Under the pieces are notes generated by a model. The model had not been told where the DNA came from. It ran no database searches and worked only from the letters and a program-made list of their open reading frames with translations. Shown here piece by piece: positions 9,614 to 19,564 of a stretch of 64,000 nt of DNA. A program made the translations under genes and the position numbers. Location: assembly GCA_022763045.1 (NCBI GenBank), contig JALEGI010000003.1:12289-76288 (forward strand), in the 5' to 3' direction. This stretch comes from Simkaniaceae bacterium. Its GTDB lineage: Bacteria > Chlamydiota > Chlamydiia > Chlamydiales > JACRBE01. Numbering within the stretch: position 1 is the stretch's first letter; each line of letters opens with the position of its first letter.

Positions 9614-10863
9614 TGATACGTATTAAAACGACCCTCCCAATTTTGGTGGTGCTCTTTTTGAGCTACTTTGGCTATTCGATGGGGCTACCGCTCTATCCAG
9701 CCCTACTCTTTGATCCCGATAAAGGGATGCTAGTAAGTAGCTATCCTCAGTGGCTACGCAGCGTGCTAATTGGATTTTTAAGTGCGATGTATCCACTTGG
9801 GCAATTCTTTGGAGGCCCTCTTCTCGGGAAACTCTCGGACAAATATGGAAGGCGCAATGTCCTTCTCTACTCATTGATTTTGATCATCCCCACCTACATG
9901 ATTTCGGCCTTTGCGATTAACATGAAAAATATCTTACTCTTCTTTCTTGGAAGGCTGACATGCGGTCTTTTTGAAGGGATTGTTGTGATTGGAACAGCTG
10001 CCATGGCAGATATTAGTGACAACCACAAAGATAAAGTTAAAAATTTCGGATGGCTCATCACAATCTCGAGTACAGGCTACATCTTTGGACCAATTGTCGG
10101 TGGGCTCCTTGCAGACTCAGAGACGGCAAGTTGGTTCACCTACAGCACACCCTTTTGGTTAGGAGCTTGGCTCACTGTTCTTGCATGGTTCATCGTGTAC
10201 TTTCTATTTGAGGAGAGCCTTAAAACCTTTGTGACAAAACGTATAGACATTCCAGACATGCTCTTTTCACTCTACAAACCCCTTACAAGACCTAATTTAA
10301 AAAACGTCTTTTTCGCAAACTTCAACCTCTTTCTCTGCATCTTTTTCTTCTTCTCGTTTTTCCCACTGCTTTTGATGACCCAATACGACTTCAATGTAAC
10401 GCTACTTGGTGAGGCGACGGGCTATCTCTCGATTCCCATCTGTATCGCGCCCCTATTTTTTCCCTACTTATCCAAACATTTCTCTCCAAGGCAAATTGCA
10501 GCACTTGCAGGCTTAATTCTAGGCGTCTTTATTTTAATCATCTTGGGACTCGACAACTCTATGCTCCTCTTTATCACGCTCCTACCCCCTGGATTTGCCA
10601 TAGGGGTGAGTTTTTCGTATTCTGCTCTCATGGTCTCCGATAGGGTTGCAGAAAATGTGCAGGGTGAATCTTTGGGCGCTAACCAATCAGTTCTGGTTTT
10701 TGCAGAGATTGTGGCAGGTGTGGTTGGAGGATTTCTTGCAGCCACTTGGGTTAAACTTCCGATGATTATTGGCGCTTTAACAGCAATCTTTGCTGCAGTC
10801 TGGCTTATTTGGAAGGTACTGGATCCCCCTTCTTCTCAACCTGACCGGCCTTTTCCCGAGTAA
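9613..10863 (+). CDS. MFS transporter (DHA1/TetA-like)
   Basis: Motif A GKLSDKYGRR, GPIVGG, about 12 TM; TAATG-coupled to the secretin gene. Confidence 0.9.
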   Translation: MIRIKTTLPILVVLFLSYFGYSMGLPLYPALLFDPDKGMLVSSYPQWLRSVLIGFLSAMYPLGQFFGGPLLGKLSDKYGRRNVLLYSLILIIPTYMISAFAINMKNILLFFLGRLTCGLFEGIVVIGTAAMADISDNHKDKVKNFGWLITISSTGYIFGPIVGGLLADSETASWFTYSTPFWLGAWLTVLAWFIVYFLFEESLKTFVTKRIDIPDMLFSLYKPLTRPNLKNVFFANFNLFLCIFFFFSFFPLLLMTQYDFNVTLLGEATGYLSIPICIAPLFFPYLSKHFSPRQIAALAGLILGVFILIILGLDNSMLLFITLLPPGFAIGVSFSYSALMVSDRVAENVQGESLGANQSVLVFAEIVAGVVGGFLAATWVKLPMIIGALTAIFAAVWLIWKVLDPPSSQPDRPFPE

Positions 10864-12385
10864 TTCTGTATTTTGCATATAAGAGCAAGAGACACAAAAT
10901 TGCACTGAGAATTGCAATGACAAGAAAAACGTCATTGAAAGAGAGCATCGCTGCCTGCTGATCTGTTGCCCGATTGATCCAAAGCCTTGCCGCATCACCT
11001 TCAAAGCCTGCTTGCATCAGTGTTTTCATTCCATCTCTTAGATTCTCATTAAATGCGCTCATCATTTCCGAGAGTCTTGCATGGTGAAAAATTGTGCGTC
11101 TCTGCCAAATCGTTGTGAAGACCGAGGTGCCAATCGCGCCCGAGACACTTCGAAGAAAGTGAAAAATTCCAAGGCCGTTGTGCATCAGATCACTTGGAAG
11201 ATCCTGAATTACTAGAGCGTTCACTGGAACAACAAAAAAAACAAACCCAACTCCGGTCCAAAACCGGGTGAGAGCGATGTGATAATAGTCGACGTTGGTA
11301 TCAAAATGGGCCGTCCAATACGAAACCAGAGCAAAAATCAGCATGCAAAACGCGAGGGGAATCATCGTGCCAAACTTTGCCACAACTTTTGGCATGAGCG
11401 CTGAAAACATGAGTGGAGCAAGCCCAAATGGGGCAACAGCAAGCCCCGCCCAAAGCGCGTTATACCCCATAAACTGCTGAAGCCAAAGGGGAACTAATAC
11501 GACCATGCCAAAATAGATGCCATAGCCAAAAAACATCTGTATCGAGGCGAGGCGAAAAGAGCGAAATTTAAAGCAGTGCAGATCAAGCAGAGGAAACTTG
11601 ACCACAAGAAGCCAGATAAAGAGATAGGTATAGGAAATCACTGAGATGATCGTAAGTGCAATAATCACGTGGGAATTAAACCAATCCCACTGCTGCCCTT
11701 TATCAAGAACAATTTGCATCGAACTGACGGCGAGGGTAAGCAAGACAAGCCCAAGATAGTCGGTAGGAACCTTTTTTTTGATATCCTCACGATCAATGAG
11801 CAAAATGTAGAGGACAAAGGTCGTTAAAATGCCAAAGGGAACATTAATATAAAAAATCCACGGCCACACATAGTCGACACAAATCCATCCCCCTAAGATT
11901 GGGCCTGCAATTGGCCCAACAACGACAATCATCACCCAAATAGCCAACGCAACTGGAAGCCTGTCTGGGGGATTATACTTCGCTAGCAGCCCTTGGGAGA
12001 GAGGAACTATCGGGCCTGCGCAAAATCCTTGGATAAAACGTCCAATCACAATCATCTCAATACTCACCGAAGCGCCACAAAACCAAGAGAAGAGTGTAAA
12101 AGATGCAGTAGAAATGACAATTACTGTTCTCTCACCGAATCGCTTTACAAGCCAACCCGTTAGAGGAAGACAAATTGCATTTCCAATCGCAAAGGAGGTG
12201 ATCACATAGGTTCCTTGATCTGTAGAGACAGCTAGCGAGCCAGCAATGTAAGGAATCGCAACATTTGCAATTGAGTAATCAAGGACGTACATGAATGTCA
12301 AAAGGGAGATAAAGAGGTTAAAAACAACCCTTTTAGTTCCCAACATGGGATCAGAGACGGCTTGATTCATGGGCGCAGCCATCAC
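10805..12385 (-). CDS. emrB: DHA2 family MFS multidrug efflux permease
   Basis: LDYSIANVAIP, GPILGGW, WIFYINVP, LDKGQQWDWF; about 14 TM. Confidence 0.92.
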   Translation of the reverse strand: MMAAPMNQAVSDPMLGTKRVVFNLFISLLTFMYVLDYSIANVAIPYIAGSLAVSTDQGTYVITSFAIGNAICLPLTGWLVKRFGERTVIVISTASFTLFSWFCGASVSIEMIVIGRFIQGFCAGPIVPLSQGLLAKYNPPDRLPVALAIWVMIVVVGPIAGPILGGWICVDYVWPWIFYINVPFGILTTFVLYILLIDREDIKKKVPTDYLGLVLLTLAVSSMQIVLDKGQQWDWFNSHVIIALTIISVISYTYLFIWLLVVKFPLLDLHCFKFRSFRLASIQMFFGYGIYFGMVVLVPLWLQQFMGYNALWAGLAVAPFGLAPLMFSALMPKVVAKFGTMIPLAFCMLIFALVSYWTAHFDTNVDYYHIALTRFWTGVGFVFFVVPVNALVIQDLPSDLMHNGLGIFHFLRSVSGAIGTSVFTTIWQRRTIFHHARLSEMMSAFNENLRDGMKTLMQAGFEGDAARLWINRATDQQAAMLSFNDVFLVIAILSAILCLLLLYAKYRITREKAGQVEKKGDPVPSK

Positions 12386-12391
12386 AAGCTC

Positions 12392-13579
12392 CTAAAGTTG
12401 CACAGGTGGAGCCCCTAAATCGGGATCCACTGTGTTTTCGGAAATAATCTTCGCAACTAGCGCCTCAGCCCCATCCTCTTGGTCGCGGTAGACAGAGGTG
12501 CGAAAAACAGGACGGGAGCTCGCCTCAGTTGGCACGCGCGTTCCGTATTGATCCTTCGTATCGATATCGACATACATAGAGAGTCCCAATCGGAGAGGAA
12601 AGCGCTCAACCTCAGACTGATCGAGATCGATACGCACAGGCACCCTTTGGACAATCTTGATCCAATTGCCCGTTGCATTCTGAGGAGGTATTAGCGAGAA
12701 GACTGCCCCTGTCCCACCTGCAATACCACTCACGATCCCAGAGTAGATGGCCTCATTTCCATACATATCCGATTTTACAGTGACGCGCTGGCCAATACGT
12801 ATTTGTGAGACATCTACTTCGCGAAAGTTTGCCTGCACCCACATTTGATCAAGTGGAACAATCGCCATCAAATTTTCATCAGGTTCAACAAATTGCCCAA
12901 CCTGAACAAATCGCTGCGCTACGATCCCTGTCTGTGTTGCGCGTATATTACAACGCACAAGATTGACAAAGTTGTGCGTAAGTTCATTAGCCGCCTCTAC
13001 TACAAGAGGGTGCGTTGAAACAGTTGTCCCCTGAATTGCGGTGTAGGCTTGGATCAGCTGCGAGCGCAGGTTAGTAACTTGGTATTTAGCCGCATCTAAA
13101 TTGAGCTCAGAGTGGATAAAATCCTCTTTACTCACTCCCCCCTCGCTGACAAGAGCCCTTCTATTGTCATAGTCCACCTGCGCTTTGATTACCTTTGTTT
13201 TCGCTCGTTGCAACTGAGCGTTGAGCTGAATTACCTTTTCAAACATCTCAGTGACATTGCGCACAGTGTTTGCTAAAACTGCCTTTGAGTGGTCAAGTGC
13301 AATCGTTGCATCTGTTCTATCAAGCTCGATAATAACATCTCCCTCTTTCACGAGAAAGGTCTCATCTGTATTAATCGAAGAGACATACCCCTTGATCTGT
13401 GAGGTTACATTCACTTTGCTACCATGCACGTAGGCATCGTCAGTTTTATCTTCATATCTTAGCCAGATCAGCCAGTAAAAAAATACGAGGATGGCTATTA
13501 CTCCAATCACGACTGCCGCGATGATAAGTGGACGCCCTTTGCCAGGTTTGATACCCTGCTTCACATCTTCTTCACTCAT
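12392..13579 (-). CDS. emrA: Membrane fusion (periplasmic adaptor) protein of efflux pump
   Basis: TDDAYV, WVQANFRE, FSLIPPQNATGNWIKIVQRVPVRI. Confidence 0.93.
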   Translation of the reverse strand: MSEEDVKQGIKPGKGRPLIIAAVVIGVIAILVFFYWLIWLRYEDKTDDAYVHGSKVNVTSQIKGYVSSINTDETFLVKEGDVIIELDRTDATIALDHSKAVLANTVRNVTEMFEKVIQLNAQLQRAKTKVIKAQVDYDNRRALVSEGGVSKEDFIHSELNLDAAKYQVTNLRSQLIQAYTAIQGTTVSTHPLVVEAANELTHNFVNLVRCNIRATQTGIVAQRFVQVGQFVEPDENLMAIVPLDQMWVQANFREVDVSQIRIGQRVTVKSDMYGNEAIYSGIVSGIAGGTGAVFSLIPPQNATGNWIKIVQRVPVRIDLDQSEVERFPLRLGLSMYVDIDTKDQYGTRVPTEASSRPVFRTSVYRDQEDGAEALVAKIISENTVDPDLGAPPVQL

Positions 13580-15030
13580 TTCACTACCTCTTGATAACTT
13601 AAAGATGCCTCGCTTTGATAACCCCCACCAAGTGATTTGATAAGCTCAAGGGTTTTCATGTAGGCGGTCCACTCGCTGCTCAGACGATCAATTTTCTTTG
13701 AGCGTAATACTTGGCTCTCATCAAGCACTGGCAATAGCGTGTCGATCCCAACTGTAAAACGCGACATTTTTAAATCGAAATTGCGCTGCGCGACCTTAAC
13801 TTCATCGACATTTGTCGCTAAAATATCTGAAATCGCCAAGATATCGATAATTCTATCACTCACCTCTCTTGCAGCAGAGAGCATCATCTCATTGAACTTA
13901 TTTGCAACAACGCCAAAACCAGCAACTTTTTCTTTCAGGTTTGCACGTAGTCGCCCACCTGTAAAAATCGGAAGAGAGAGTGTCGGTTTTAAAAATCCTT
14001 GAATCGCATCATGAGAAAAGAGGTTATGGAGTTGAAAGGCTTCAAAGCCCCCTTGAGCCTGCAAATTGATGTCGGGATAAAAAAGCGCTTTGGCAACGCC
14101 AATCTCCTTGGCTGCTGCCTCTATAAGCCAAAGCTGCGCCATCAAGTCGGGGCGTCTTTTGAGAAGATTTGACCCCATGTGGTGAGGCAATTCAAGAACC
14201 TGATATTTATAATCCCAGTGATATGTAATCGGATTTTCATCCTCTGGCCCTAACCCCATCAAAGTATTCAAAGCATGTTTGGAGTTTAAAATATCTTGAT
14301 CAGCTGAATAGATTGCTTTTTTAATGCCATTGACGCGATTTTTTTGCTCAAGCACAGTCATGTAATCAATGGTTTCATTTTTATACTGGAGCTCATTGAC
14401 CCGCAAATAGCGCATCGCATCCTCGAGCTGCTCTTTCAAAAAGAGCTGCTTTTGCATGTAGGCCATTAGAGAAAAGTACTCTTTTGCAACTGAGATTGCA
14501 GTCACAAGCTTGACCTGGTTCTCTTCGGCCTCTTTTGCCTTAGCTTGACCGAGCTTAGCAGCATAGAGATGGCGATTTTTACCCCACAAATCAAACTCGT
14601 ACTTAAAATCGAGGTTGATATCGATAATATTTAGATTTGTTCCGGTTGCACCAGGCAAAAAGACACTCAAGGTATCTTTACTATAGTGCTCCCAATTATC
14701 GTCAAAGTTGAAAAAAAGTGAGGGAAAGAGCTTTGAGCGAGTGACCTTAGCATTTTCAAAGGCTTGCGCGACTTTTGATTGCGCGCTTTTCAAAGAAGGG
14801 TTATTTTTAAAAGCAGTTTGGATACAGGAGGTGAGTTGAGGATCGTCGAATAGAGTCCACCAATCCTCTTTTGGGCCTGAACCGATTGTGAATAGATCGC
14901 TTGCACAAGCAGCTTCTGCAAGGGGCTCAAGGTCGACAATCTCTTCCGGTTTTGCCGCAGAGGTGTATTGAGGTCGCGAAACGCAACCAGCAACAACTAA
15001 GGCTGTAAAAATGAGGATGATTCGATACAT
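13576..15030 (-). CDS. Outer-membrane efflux lipoprotein (NodT/TolC family)
   Basis: Lipobox VAGC after ATG 15030; WWTLFDDPQL, YEFDLWG, RRPDL, LPIFTGG, KSLGGG. Confidence 0.92.
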   Translation of the reverse strand: MYRIILIFTALVVAGCVSRPQYTSAAKPEEIVDLEPLAEAACASDLFTIGSGPKEDWWTLFDDPQLTSCIQTAFKNNPSLKSAQSKVAQAFENAKVTRSKLFPSLFFNFDDNWEHYSKDTLSVFLPGATGTNLNIIDINLDFKYEFDLWGKNRHLYAAKLGQAKAKEAEENQVKLVTAISVAKEYFSLMAYMQKQLFLKEQLEDAMRYLRVNELQYKNETIDYMTVLEQKNRVNGIKKAIYSADQDILNSKHALNTLMGLGPEDENPITYHWDYKYQVLELPHHMGSNLLKRRPDLMAQLWLIEAAAKEIGVAKALFYPDINLQAQGGFEAFQLHNLFSHDAIQGFLKPTLSLPIFTGGRLRANLKEKVAGFGVVANKFNEMMLSAAREVSDRIIDILAISDILATNVDEVKVAQRNFDLKMSRFTVGIDTLLPVLDESQVLRSKKIDRLSSEWTAYMKTLELIKSLGGGYQSEASLSYQEVVK

Positions 15031-15085
15031 AACTACACCAACCTTTCGAATAACCAATAAATACTTTTTTGCATAGAGATATTGT

Positions 15086-17320
15086 TTGAAAAAAGAGCAT
15101 CTAACTTTAATAAAGTGTGGAATTGAAAAAGAGTCATTGAGAGTGACAAAAGATTTCTCCCTCTCAAAAGAGCCTCATCCAAAATCGCTCGGTGAGAAGC
15201 TAACACACCCCCTGATCACAACTGACTTTGCTGAAATGCAAATTGAATGGACAACGCCCACCTTCCATTCACACGCTGCCCTAATGCGATTTTTTAAAGA
15301 CCTCTCAATCTACACGCAAAAAAAGGTGCCAAATGAGTATTTTTGGCCGCTTAGCATGCCACCAAAACTCCCTAAAAAATGTCAAGATTGGGTGGCAAAA
15401 TACGGCAATAGCCACTCTGCTAAAAAGAAAGAAAGTTATCGCCATGGGCTTTGCAAAGCGTATGGCTCGCACATGCAAATGATCTCTGGTTTTCACTACA
15501 ACTTCTCAATGCGCCCGGCATTTTGGAAAGCACTACACAAAGAGCGGCAGAGCAATAAGTCTTGCAGACAATTTCAAACAGATACCTATCTCGGTCTAAT
15601 TCGCAACTATATTAGAGATGGCTGGATCATTACCTATTTATTTGGAAGCTCACCCTCCTCAGATCCATCATTTAAAGATCTGCCTGAATTTCCCTATGCT
15701 ACATCGCTCAGAACATCAGAGCACGGCTACCAATCAAAAAGTCAAGATGCACGCCCTATTACCTTTAATTCTGTATCAGGCTACGTGAAAGAGATCCGTG
15801 AGGCAATTGCCCGTGGTCAGTTGCAAATTGAAAATGAGCACTATAGTTTAATCCGGCCAAAATGCCTTCCTCGAGAAGAGCTCAATCAAACCGATGCTAT
15901 TGCCACAAGGGGAATAGAGTATGTTGAGCTGCGCGCACTCGATCTCGATCCCTTTTCCCCTCTTGGCATCTCAAAAAAAACGCTCGACTTTCTTCATTTA
16001 TTTCTCCTTCATCTCCTTCTCTCGGAGAGCCCCAACTTGACACACAAAGCGCATAAGAAATCACTTGATTTTCAACATCAAGTGGCAATTGAGGGGAGAA
16101 AAATGGAGCTGAAAAGCAAGGCGGAGCCAATTTTTACTGCGATGCGACCACTTGCTATAAAACTTGGCATGGTCAAATTACTAGATGAGATGTGGTTGCG
16201 CTTCGAAGATCCCTCTAAACTCCCCTCGCAAATAATCGCCTCAAATGACTTTTTAGAGCTTGGAGCTACACTTTGCAAAGAACACTACAAAACCCTAAGC
16301 AAAGGCAAGCTAGAACCCTCCCAGAGAAGGCGCTTTGATACATTTACCAAAAACTCAATTGAGCTCTTTGATCTGCTTGAGAGAGCAGAAAAGATGGAGG
16401 CTTCAACACGCGTTTTAATTGAAGAAGCAATTCGCAGGCATGTAAAGGTCGAAATTCTTGATAAAAAGGCGTGTATTTTGCGCTTGGGTGGTCAAGAGCT
16501 AGTTAAACAGGCAAGCTGCACCTCACAAGACAGCTACATCACGCCACTACTGATGGAAAATAAACATGTGACTAAGCTTTTACTTGATGAGCAAAATATA
16601 CGCACACCTTTAGGGATGCATTTTAATTCACTTACAGAAGCGCTCTCGCACACACCCCCAAGTAAAACTGTTGTCGTGAAACCCAACACCACAAACTATG
16701 GACTTGGAGTTGAACTTGTGGAGCCAAAAGAGTACAAAGCCGCTCTTAAACGAGCCTTTGCATTTGGGGAAAGTGTGCTTGTTGAGGATTTTATTTCTGG
16801 GAGAGAATATCGATTTTTAGTCGTATCAAACAAGGTTGCAGGGGTAGTGCGCCGAGATCCCGCAAGTGTGATTGGAAATGGCCATGATACAATCAAGACG
16901 CTCGCAAAAGGCAAAAAACGCCCCATCAAACTTGGGCCAGATGAAAAAAAGCATCTCCTATCTCAAAATTTAACAGCAGAATCGATCCCTAAGGAGGGGG
17001 AAAAGGTCTTCCTGCGCTTCAATTCGAATGTCTCAACAGGTGGCGAGGCAATCGATTTTACCGATCAGGTTGCTAATGAGTATAAAAGGATAGCGATTCG
17101 AGCGGCGAAGAGTGTCGGAGCAAAAATTTGTGGCGTCGATATGATCATAAAAAGTCCACATAAGCCAGGCAGTCGCTATGCAATTATCGAATTGAATTTC
17201 AATCCCGTTTTGTACTTTCACCAAGAGCCAGATGTCGGCCACCCAAGAAATGTAGCGGGAGCAATTTTAGACTGCATAGGCTTTGGCTTTGAACCCATCA
17301 CCAAAAGAGATTGCTGTTGA
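15086..17320 (+). CDS. gshAB: Bifunctional glutamate-cysteine ligase/glutathione synthetase (GshF/GshAB)
   Basis: GIEKESLRV, HPLITTDFAE, WPLSMP, ISGFHYNFS, EYVELRALDLDPF, then ATP-grasp with MENKHVTK, VVKPNTTNYGLG, SNVSTGG, IIELNFNP; TTG start. Confidence 0.92.
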   Translation: MKKEHLTLIKCGIEKESLRVTKDFSLSKEPHPKSLGEKLTHPLITTDFAEMQIEWTTPTFHSHAALMRFFKDLSIYTQKKVPNEYFWPLSMPPKLPKKCQDWVAKYGNSHSAKKKESYRHGLCKAYGSHMQMISGFHYNFSMRPAFWKALHKERQSNKSCRQFQTDTYLGLIRNYIRDGWIITYLFGSSPSSDPSFKDLPEFPYATSLRTSEHGYQSKSQDARPITFNSVSGYVKEIREAIARGQLQIENEHYSLIRPKCLPREELNQTDAIATRGIEYVELRALDLDPFSPLGISKKTLDFLHLFLLHLLLSESPNLTHKAHKKSLDFQHQVAIEGRKMELKSKAEPIFTAMRPLAIKLGMVKLLDEMWLRFEDPSKLPSQIIASNDFLELGATLCKEHYKTLSKGKLEPSQRRRFDTFTKNSIELFDLLERAEKMEASTRVLIEEAIRRHVKVEILDKKACILRLGGQELVKQASCTSQDSYITPLLMENKHVTKLLLDEQNIRTPLGMHFNSLTEALSHTPPSKTVVVKPNTTNYGLGVELVEPKEYKAALKRAFAFGESVLVEDFISGREYRFLVVSNKVAGVVRRDPASVIGNGHDTIKTLAKGKKRPIKLGPDEKKHLLSQNLTAESIPKEGEKVFLRFNSNVSTGGEAIDFTDQVANEYKRIAIRAAKSVGAKICGVDMIIKSPHKPGSRYAIIELNFNPVLYFHQEPDVGHPRNVAGAILDCIGFGFEPITKRDCC

Positions 17321-18570
17321 ACATTAAAACTGAAATTATCGCCGGACTTACCACCTTCTCCTCGATGGTCTATATCATCTTTGTCAATCCATCAATTTTA
17401 CAAGAAACAGGGCTGGATTTTGGGGCCCTAATGGTGGGAACAATTCTCACGACCGCTTTCTCCTGTCTTTTTATGGGTTTTTACTCAAACCAGCCCATTG
17501 CAATTGCCCCTGGGATGGGAGTAAGCGCTTTTTTCACCTACACAGTGATTTTGCGTCATGGCATGCCCGTTGGCATGGGACTTGCTGCCGTTTTCCTCTC
17601 AGCGCTGATTCTTCTTATTTTAAATCTCCTTGGCATCCGGGCTAAAATTTTGAATAGCATTCCGCGCCCATTAATTAAGGGAGCTGTTGTAGGAATAGGT
17701 CTTTTTCTTATTATGGTTGGCTTAAAGCAAATTGGGATTGCTGCGCCTTCAGAGAGCGGGATGCTTGTCTTTAATTCCCCTTTCACTCTCCCCTCTCTAC
17801 TGACCGGAATTGGAGTAATCTTAATTGGAGCCTTACTCTACTTCGAAGTGCGCGCAGCCTTCATTTTAGGCATTTTAGCTCTCTGGGCAATTTCTCTGAT
17901 TTTTGGGATGACTGAATGGCAAGGGCTGATTGCATCGCCTCCCTCACTTGAACCCAACTGGATGCGGATTGACTTTGGCTCAATTTTTACTCGCTACTTC
18001 CCCCATATATTTTTCTCAATCTTCCTCGTCACCCTTTTTGACTCATCAGCAGCTCTGATTGTGCTATCACGTATGCTCTATCCTGATGGGAAAATGCCCA
18101 ATCAACGCCGCTGTTTGACCCCTGACACCTGTGGAAGTATGCTCGGCTCATTAATTGGCGTAACATCTATGGCCATTCACCTCGAATCTGCCGCTGGAAT
18201 TAAGGCCGGTGGGCGGAAAGGCTTAACACCCATTATTGTCGCAGCTCTCTTTTTGCTCTGTCTCTTTTTCTATCCTCTTTGCCATTCAATCCCTCATTTT
18301 GCAAGTGCACCTGTGTTGATTGTAATTGGGATATTGATGATTGAGGAGCTCAAAGGGATGGCATGGGGAGATATTACAGATGTGATTCCCATGCTGATTG
18401 CGATATTTGTGATGCCAATTACCTTCAGTATCTACCTTGGATTTGCACTAGGATATGTCAGCTATGCGATCATGAAGCTCATCACTTGGAGGGTGCGTGA
18501 AATTCACTTCTTCACCTGGCTGCTTGCGCTACTCTTTGCAATTCACCTAACGCTAATGACTCTCTTCTAG
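17311..18570 (+). CDS. NCS2/AzgA family nucleobase permease
   Basis: TEIIAGLTTF, YIIFVNP, APGMG, ESAAGIKAGG. Confidence 0.9.
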   Translation: MLLNIKTEIIAGLTTFSSMVYIIFVNPSILQETGLDFGALMVGTILTTAFSCLFMGFYSNQPIAIAPGMGVSAFFTYTVILRHGMPVGMGLAAVFLSALILLILNLLGIRAKILNSIPRPLIKGAVVGIGLFLIMVGLKQIGIAAPSESGMLVFNSPFTLPSLLTGIGVILIGALLYFEVRAAFILGILALWAISLIFGMTEWQGLIASPPSLEPNWMRIDFGSIFTRYFPHIFFSIFLVTLFDSSAALIVLSRMLYPDGKMPNQRRCLTPDTCGSMLGSLIGVTSMAIHLESAAGIKAGGRKGLTPIIVAALFLLCLFFYPLCHSIPHFASAPVLIVIGILMIEELKGMAWGDITDVIPMLIAIFVMPITFSIYLGFALGYVSYAIMKLITWRVREIHFFTWLLALLFAIHLTLMTLF

Positions 18571-19525
18571 CCTGGCGCTCAAGTGCTAAGTCAATGAGCT
18601 CTTCTATCAAATTAGAGTAGCTGATACCTGAGAGCGCCCAAAGTCTTGGATATGTCGATGTTTTTCTAAAACCTGGAAGTGTATTGACCTCGTTTAAAAA
18701 GACCCTCTCTTCTCCATCCAACAGAAAATCGATGCGTGAAAAGCCCTCACACCCTAAATTTCGGTAGGCCTCAATAGCAAGCTCTTGAATTTCCGCTATT
18801 TTATTTTGACTGAGCTCTGCCGGGATTTGAAAGACTACGCCATTTGGATCGAGATACTTCGTCTCATAGCTATGAAAGGCGCCTTTGGGAATCACGCGGG
18901 CAGGCAGTGAGACCTTCGGGTTTTTATTACCTAAAACGGCAATTTCGATCTCTTTACCGCGAATCTCTTGCTCAATAATAATTGAATCATCATAGCGCCC
19001 CGCTAGATCAAGCGCCTCTTGCAGTTGCCTTGCGCTTTTGACGCGTGAGATCCCAACTGATGAGCCTGAACGATTGGGTTTGACATAGATCACCTCACCG
19101 AGCTTTTCGGCAAGAGCGTCATAACTTTGCCCTGAATAGAGAAGCCACTTCGGGGCTTTCAGCCCTGCGAGCTTGCGCGTGAGCGCCTTATCGTAGCAAA
19201 TTGCCGATGTACGCAGATCGGGACCGACAAAGGGGATATTAAAGAGGGAGAAATACCCCTGCATGGGCCCATCTTCACCAAAAGGGCCGTGTAAAATTGA
19301 GAAGGCCACATCGAGCTTGCGACTCTCATATACCTCTCTTTCTCCCAGCTCGGGGGCATCAAAATTAGGCGTCCCAATCAGGTGAAACCACACCCCATTT
19401 GGATCGATCCAGACAAGGGTCACCTCATACTTACTTCGGTCGATTTCCTCATAGATGGATTTTGCTGAGGCGCAAGAGACCTCGTGTTCAAACGATTTAC
19501 CTCCAAAAAAAAGGCCCAGTTTCAT
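18512..19525 (-). CDS. ddl: D-alanine--D-alanine ligase
   Basis: FGGKSFEHEVS, HGPFGEDG, GSSVG, YETKY, NEVNTLPGF. Confidence 0.93.
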   Translation of the reverse strand: MKLGLFFGGKSFEHEVSCASAKSIYEEIDRSKYEVTLVWIDPNGVWFHLIGTPNFDAPELGEREVYESRKLDVAFSILHGPFGEDGPMQGYFSLFNIPFVGPDLRTSAICYDKALTRKLAGLKAPKWLLYSGQSYDALAEKLGEVIYVKPNRSGSSVGISRVKSARQLQEALDLAGRYDDSIIIEQEIRGKEIEIAVLGNKNPKVSLPARVIPKGAFHSYETKYLDPNGVVFQIPAELSQNKIAEIQELAIEAYRNLGCEGFSRIDFLLDGEERVFLNEVNTLPGFRKTSTYPRLWALSGISYSNLIEELIDLALERQARRESLALGELQRVAQAAR

Positions 19526-19549
19526 CTACTTCTCCTTTAATGTCTCACT

Positions 19550-19558
19550 TGTTACAAT
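19550..19558 (+). promoter_or_regulatory. Extended -10 element before sua5 (leaderless-type)
   Basis: TG-t-TACAAT, 6 nt before ATG 19565; no SD. Confidence 0.45.
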
Positions 19559-19564
19559 TTCCCC

